Shown here: positions 59,342 through 64,000 of the stretch, piece after piece | How positions within the stretch are numbered: position 1 is the first letter of the stretch | Layout of the letters: each line of letters opens with the position of its first letter | DNA from: an uncultured virus (IMG/VR IMGVR_UViG_2700989551_000001) | Lineage: Duplodnaviria > Heunggongvirae > Uroviricota > Caudoviricetes | Direction: 5' to 3' (one strand) | IMG/VR virus record: IMGVR_UViG_2700989551_000001 | Length of the DNA: 64,000 nucleotides | Program-made: the position numbers and the translations under genes | Notes under the pieces: generated by a model | What the model was told of the DNA's origin: nothing | The model's input: only the letters and a program-made list of their open reading frames with translations | The model's database searches: none

Positions 59342-60871
59342 CTACAGGAGATTGATCGCATCCGCCAATCCGAGCTGCGCGCCCCGCCTCCGGCGGCGGA
59401 CCGCATCCTCCGCTGTGCCCGCCTTCACGCTGTCGTACAACGCGTTCGGCGTGGGCAGCATGACGGCCGCCGTCCGCAAATCCGGCGCCCCGTCCCCGTG
59501 CACGCCCGCCCCGTTCGCATCGTTCGCCCTCGGGGTCGGCAGCTTCGAATCATGCTCCCTGACCTTCTCCGGGTCCATACGGCCCGGCAGGTCCATGAGA
59601 CGCACCTGCGTGGACAGGAACGTGCTCCTGCCCAACGGGCGCCCCGACGTGGCCGGGGCGGCGAACACCCCGTCCGACTGCTTCGGCGTGTACAGGAACC
59701 CGTCGGCCGGGATCCCCGCAGCCTGCGCGGGCAGGGGCGCATCCCCCGTCCCATACGCCTGGCCCGGGCCGCCCTTCGCCCCGTCGGACGCCTTCGGCGT
59801 CGCCAAAACGGAACCGGCCGCCGGCTCCGGGACCTTCAGCCACGATTCGGGCACCGTATACACGCGGCCGGCGGCCATCACGCCGGACTTCGGCCACGCG
59901 TCCATGAACACGTCCACGTCCCCGAACAGATCCGGCTCGCCCGTCGTCCACACATCCCTGTCCGCATCCCACACGCCCCATGCGCGCCCCCTCGGCCTCA
60001 TGGGCGGCAGTTGGGCGAGACGCCTCAGCCGGGCGTTCGACGGTTCGCGCGCCGACTTCGGATCGCGCGGCCATGCGGTCACGAAGATGCGCAGCCTGTG
60101 GTGGGGGGCGCCGATGTCGGCCGCCTCAAGGCCTCGCCACACCGCGTCGTAGCCCAGATTCGCCAGATCGCCCAGCACACGGCCGAGCGCCCGGATCGTG
60201 GGCGCCGTATGCACGCCGGACAACCGTTCGTCATCCGCCAGCACCATGTCGCCCCTCACCTCGAACACGCGGCGGCCGCACTGCCTGCACGTGACGGGCG
60301 AGCACCGCTCCGGATCCGCATGCAGGAAACCGCGCAGGACGACGGCCAGGGGCTGCGAGGTTTCCTCCTTGGGATCCGGGGCTTCGAATCCGTCGGGCAG
60401 TTCGAGGTCCGGAATTTCGCAGGAGCATAATCCGGCCTTGTCCAACGCTTCGGAGCGGAGCGCGTCCATGCGCTCGTCCTCCTTGGAGACGCTGATGCCG
60501 CTCAGGAGTCCGGCCACGTTCTCCGCGACCACGAGACTGGGGCGGATGATGCCGATTCCCTTGGCGTAGTCGAGCCACAGGCCGCTTCGCGTTCCCGCCT
60601 TCAACCCGGCACGGAACCCCGCAAGAGAAAGGGACTGGCAGCAGAATCCGCCAGCCATCACCTCGATGTCCTTGTATTTCTCCCAGTCGATTTTCGTGAT
60701 GTCGCCCAATCGGCGGGCTTTCGGCGCGTGATGGGAGCCAAGGGCGAGAGGCCCGGGTTCGATGTCGGACCATCCGACCAGTTCCCCCTCGCCGATCGCC
60801 TTGGATACGCCGATGTCGAGGCCGAGATAGCCGGAGAACAGGGAAATCGTCTTGTATGTCTTGTTCTGCAT
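59342..60871 (-). CDS. C5-cytosine DNA methyltransferase, N-terminal subunit (motifs I-VIII + LPTP repeats)
   Basis: SLFSGYLG, GDITKID, GGFCCQSLSLAG, RSGLW, ENVAGL, GAPHHRLRIF; lacks motifs IX/X. Confidence 0.85.
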   Translation of the reverse strand: MQNKTYKTISLFSGYLGLDIGVSKAIGEGELVGWSDIEPGPLALGSHHAPKARRLGDITKIDWEKYKDIEVMAGGFCCQSLSLAGFRAGLKAGTRSGLWLDYAKGIGIIRPSLVVAENVAGLLSGISVSKEDERMDALRSEALDKAGLCSCEIPDLELPDGFEAPDPKEETSQPLAVVLRGFLHADPERCSPVTCRQCGRRVFEVRGDMVLADDERLSGVHTAPTIRALGRVLGDLANLGYDAVWRGLEAADIGAPHHRLRIFVTAWPRDPKSAREPSNARLRRLAQLPPMRPRGRAWGVWDADRDVWTTGEPDLFGDVDVFMDAWPKSGVMAAGRVYTVPESWLKVPEPAAGSVLATPKASDGAKGGPGQAYGTGDAPLPAQAAGIPADGFLYTPKQSDGVFAAPATSGRPLGRSTFLSTQVRLMDLPGRMDPEKVREHDSKLPTPRANDANGAGVHGDGAPDLRTAAVMLPTPNALYDSVKAGTAEDAVRRRRRGAQLGLADAINLL

Positions 60872-60970
60872 ACGCGGCTGTATGCGTTCCGAGGCATTCG
60901 AAAAAACCCGTCAGCCGTTGCAGATGACTTCGCCCTAGCGACAAGCTAAAACAAAGTCATCTGCAACGGA

Positions 60971-61375
60971 TCAATCCTCGACGATCCCGTCGAGCGTCCA
61001 TTCGCATGCATAATAGGGTCCGTTGTCGGTCATCCACCCGTCCTTCCCGTCCGCCGGACGCCCCTCGTAGCGGCTGATGTCGGCGATGGCCGGATCGTCG
61101 GTCTTGTGGAGGCGGATGAGGTCGCCCGGCTCCGGTTCGCGCCGTACGGCCTCGGGCAGCACGGCGTCCGGGTCGGGGAACGCGGAGCCGTCCCCGATCC
61201 AATGGTCGGTGCAGTCCGAGTCCACGATGTAGGGTTCGCCCGCATCGGTCCTGCCGGCCAATGCGGGGCGGAAGCGCGTCCATTCGTCGCCGTCCCGTTG
61301 GATCAAGATCCCGCCTTTGATGCGGTCGAGGAGGCTTGCGGGCAGGTTCTCCCAACCGATGATGTCCTCGTTCAT
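60971..61375 (-). CDS. Acidic hypothetical protein
   Basis: Start MNEDII with variant GACGCATG at the 9-nt spacing. Confidence 0.65.
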   Translation of the reverse strand: MNEDIIGWENLPASLLDRIKGGILIQRDGDEWTRFRPALAGRTDAGEPYIVDSDCTDHWIGDGSAFPDPDAVLPEAVRREPEPGDLIRLHKTDDPAIADISRYEGRPADGKDGWMTDNGPYYACEWTLDGIVED

Positions 61376-61526
61376 GCCCGCGCGCATGCGTCCCCGACGC
61401 ATGGCCTCCGGTTCCGCGGCCCGCCGTTCCGGAAGGGCGACGTGGCGCGCCTGCTGGCCGAGGGGCATGTCACGCACGTCCCCGTCGGACGGTTCCGGGT
61501 CGGGCGGGGGCGCATAGCCGGATCGC

Positions 61527-62606
61527 ATGGTCATGGACAGGAACAATCGAAGCCACCGGGCGAAGGGCCTCCCCCAAGGGTGTGCGGGCACCTTCGAGCC
61601 GGCGTCCGGCACGGCGGGCGGAGACGTCATGCCGCCCGCCGCCGAGGATCTCGACCCGAAACGCTACGGGCACAAGAGGGCCGTCAGGCTTGTGAACTGG
61701 CGGGTCGAACACGATCCGACCAGCCTGTGGCTGCAAGACCGGCTCAAGGCCACCATGCCCGGCGTGGACGCGGACGGCAACCCGTTCGACTACCGGGACG
61801 AGCCGGTGCTCGACCCGGCGGCCGAGGCGCGCATGATCGACGACGCGGTCTACCGGGAGGATGCGGACGGACGCCCGCACTACGGGCGGATCATGCGCGC
61901 CCTCGCCTCCTGGTATCCGAACGAGGCGGAACGCTTCGACATGGCGCGCAGGATCGCGGAGGACCGGTGCGACGCGCTGCGACGCAACGTGATCGGCGAC
62001 CCGGCCCGATGCTACTCCGCCAGGCTCGTCGGCTACGCGCTCACCCGCCCCGTGCGCATGGAGGCGATCCTCGCCCGTCCGCCCTACAATCTGAGCGCGC
62101 ACCGGATGCGCGTCGGCAAACGGTACATGGACCGGATCGGCGCGTACGCGCGCGAACACGGCGGACGACTGCCCGACAAAAGGCAGCGCGACCGGATCTG
62201 GGACGAGAACATGGGCGACTTCATCCACGAGAAGATCGCGAAGGGCGTCCAGTACGGGCGCGGCATGTACTATTCCGACGGGTCGAACGCGCGCCCCGAA
62301 TACCATGGACGCCCGCCCCGTCTGGACGCGGACGGGAACCCGTTCAACGCGCGCGAGGACTTCGAACGCATGCTGGCCGCCGGACGTGCGGAGCTCGGTC
62401 GGACGCCCGCCGAATTCGACGACGTGGTCAACAGGATGGACGCGCATGCGGCGTTCGCCCCGGGGGGCGCGGACGCGCACGCCGCATGGGCGGAGGCGCG
62501 CCGGCGCGGCCTGGACGTGCGCCTGGTCGAGGCCGCGCTCGACGTGGACGCGTCGGACGCGGCCGCATGGGAGGCGGAGTATCAGGCGAGCTCGGGCACC
62601 CGGTAG
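61527..62606 (+). CDS. Hypothetical protein with N-terminal DRNxRSHRxxGLPQGxAGTF motif
   Basis: CGCATA-N10-ATG (CATAG type); N-terminus shared with 23701. Confidence 0.75.
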   Translation: MVMDRNNRSHRAKGLPQGCAGTFEPASGTAGGDVMPPAAEDLDPKRYGHKRAVRLVNWRVEHDPTSLWLQDRLKATMPGVDADGNPFDYRDEPVLDPAAEARMIDDAVYREDADGRPHYGRIMRALASWYPNEAERFDMARRIAEDRCDALRRNVIGDPARCYSARLVGYALTRPVRMEAILARPPYNLSAHRMRVGKRYMDRIGAYAREHGGRLPDKRQRDRIWDENMGDFIHEKIAKGVQYGRGMYYSDGSNARPEYHGRPPRLDADGNPFNAREDFERMLAAGRAELGRTPAEFDDVVNRMDAHAAFAPGGADAHAAWAEARRRGLDVRLVEAALDVDASDAAAWEAEYQASSGTR

Positions 62607-63103
62607 GTGCGGGGCACGGCCGCGCCCGCGGGCCACATGTCATGGTCGCGGGCGAACCTGACCGTCACGTTGACGACGGTCCCGGGCATGGGGCGGGCGA
62701 GCATCGCGTCCAGGCCCTTTTTGTCGCCGGCCAGCCAGAACACGAGGAGCGCGAGGTCCATGGCGCCGGCCGCGCATCCGGGCCTCGTCCCGACGAGCGT
62801 CGAAAGCGTGTCGCGCGCGGCCGTCAGCCGGCCGGGCCTGGGCGTGACGGGGATGGGACGGCGGCGCAGCACGTCCATCGCCTCCCCCATGCCGGCGGGC
62901 AGGCGCGGGTGATCCGCGGCGCGTGCGGCGAGCGTGCGCGCGTCGCACGTCGGGTCGAGGAGGGCGAGCGCCATCATGTCGCGTCCCCTGGGATCGTTCA
63001 GGCCGGCGGCGAGCCGGTCGGCGGTCTGGTCGTTCATCCACGTGCCCGCGCCGCCTTCGAGGCGCGCGATCCACTCGTTGGCCAGGTTCATGTAGTCTTC
63101 CAT
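62582..63103 (-). CDS. Hypothetical protein, weakly DUF4192-like
   Basis: SD GGAGGA; LNDPRGRDMM, LALLVFWLAGD. Confidence 0.55.
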   Translation of the reverse strand: MEDYMNLANEWIARLEGGAGTWMNDQTADRLAAGLNDPRGRDMMALALLDPTCDARTLAARAADHPRLPAGMGEAMDVLRRRPIPVTPRPGRLTAARDTLSTLVGTRPGCAAGAMDLALLVFWLAGDKKGLDAMLARPMPGTVVNVTVRFARDHDMWPAGAAVPRTYRVPELA

Positions 63104-63159
63104 TGCCGTTCCTCCGTTTCGACGGTGTTGTGCGCCCCCGGGTATGCGTTCCCCGTCCG

Positions 63160-64000
63160 TCAGAAGAGCGGGAGGCTTGCGGGGCGTTCGAGCCGGTCGG
63201 CCGTGAGCGGCAGGTACGTGGGGTCGAGCTCCGTGGCCGCGCACCGCAGGCCTTCCCGCCGGCATGCGTCCAGTGTGGTGCCGGAGCCGGCGAACGGGTC
63301 GAGGACGAGGCCGTGGGGCGGGCATGCGAGGCGGGCGAGCCATCGGGTCAGGTCCAGGGGTTTGACGGTCGGGTGGGCGAGCCGTCTTTCGCCCGCCGGC
63401 ACGGTCAGGGCGAGCGCCGCCGTGTCGAGCAGGCACGCGGGGTACGCGTCCGCCCCGGATTCGAGTCCCAGGCGCGCGCAGCACGCCTTCCACGCCTTGT
63501 CCCGTGTCCGGGGGCGGACGATGCGTTCCAGGACGCGCACGGGCCTGTCCTGCGCTTTCGGGCAGTAGTAGAAGCGCGGCGCGTCCGCGGGCAGGAGCCG
63601 GGCCATGGCCTTGTCCATGAGGACGTTCGACGGGTGGCGGCCCGGTATGCGCGGCCCCATGGGCCTGGGCGTGTCCGAATCGCGGAACGTGTCGCCGCCG
63701 CGCGGCGCGTCCGGACGCCCCCCGGCGGTCGCGTTGAGCCGGTAGCGGCGCCCCAGCTCCCCCATGTCCGCGTCCAGGGCGCAGGCGGCCACGTTCAGGG
63801 CGCCCGTCCCGTGGTCCATGAGGTTGCGGCCGAGCATGGACTCGCGGGGGCGCTGGGCGACGAGGATCGGCTCCCATGCGGGTTTGAGCGCCGGGTTGAA
63901 CCCGCGCCAGGGCCGCGCCTCGCGGGTCTTCGCCTCGTAGCGTTCCGTGTAGGCGACGTTGCGTTCCAGGGACGCGGAGTCGCGTATGACGCCGGTCCGG
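63160..64000 (-). CDS. N6-adenine/N4-cytosine DNA methyltransferase (beta class), 5' part outside the window
   Basis: LKPAWEPILVAQRP, RFYYCPKA, HPTVKPLDL, VLDPFAGSGTT. Confidence 0.88.
   Translation of the reverse strand, partial: RTGVIRDSASLERNVAYTERYEAKTREARPWRGFNPALKPAWEPILVAQRPRESMLGRNLMDHGTGALNVAACALDADMGELGRRYRLNATAGGRPDAPRGGDTFRDSDTPRPMGPRIPGRHPSNVLMDKAMARLLPADAPRFYYCPKAQDRPVRVLERIVRPRTRDKAWKACCARLGLESGADAYPACLLDTAALALTVPAGERRLAHPTVKPLDLTRWLARLACPPHGLVLDPFAGSGTTLDACRREGLRCAATELDPTYLPLTADRLERPASLPLF

Overview
High-GC actinobacterial DNA with no chromosomal housekeeping operons. The best fit is part of a large conjugative plasmid or ICE, with gene content resembling bifidobacterial megaplasmids; this is an inference, not a database match. 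The window contains: the end of a tRNA cluster (Thr-CGT, Trp-CCA); a helicase/Prim-Pol replication protein; an intact IS200/IS605 element (tnpA plus tnpB); a sortase-dependent pilus locus with a ~2900-aa modular adhesin; CAP-domain and thioester-type surface proteins; a dispersed Gram-positive conjugation set (FtsK-like, VirD4-like, intein-containing VirB4-like ATPase, lysozyme-CHAP hydrolase); a beta-clamp, PIF1 helicase, PD-(D/E)XK nuclease and oligoribonuclease; and DNA methyltransferases, including a C5 enzyme split over two genes. The main unexplained signal is a (C/G)GCATA motif 9-10 nt upstream of at least 14 start codons that lack a Shine-Dalgarno, and further upstream of genes that have one. 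It occurs in two flavours: CATAC, mostly at replication and DNA-metabolism genes, and CATAG, mostly at transfer and adhesion genes. An unannotated ORF at 29670-30620 reads like a highly diverged sigma-70-family factor. Together these suggest an element-encoded, phage-like private transcription programme. A ~330-bp nested-palindromic iteron-like block built from the near-identical word GATGCATAC occurs twice, about 45.6 kb apart.
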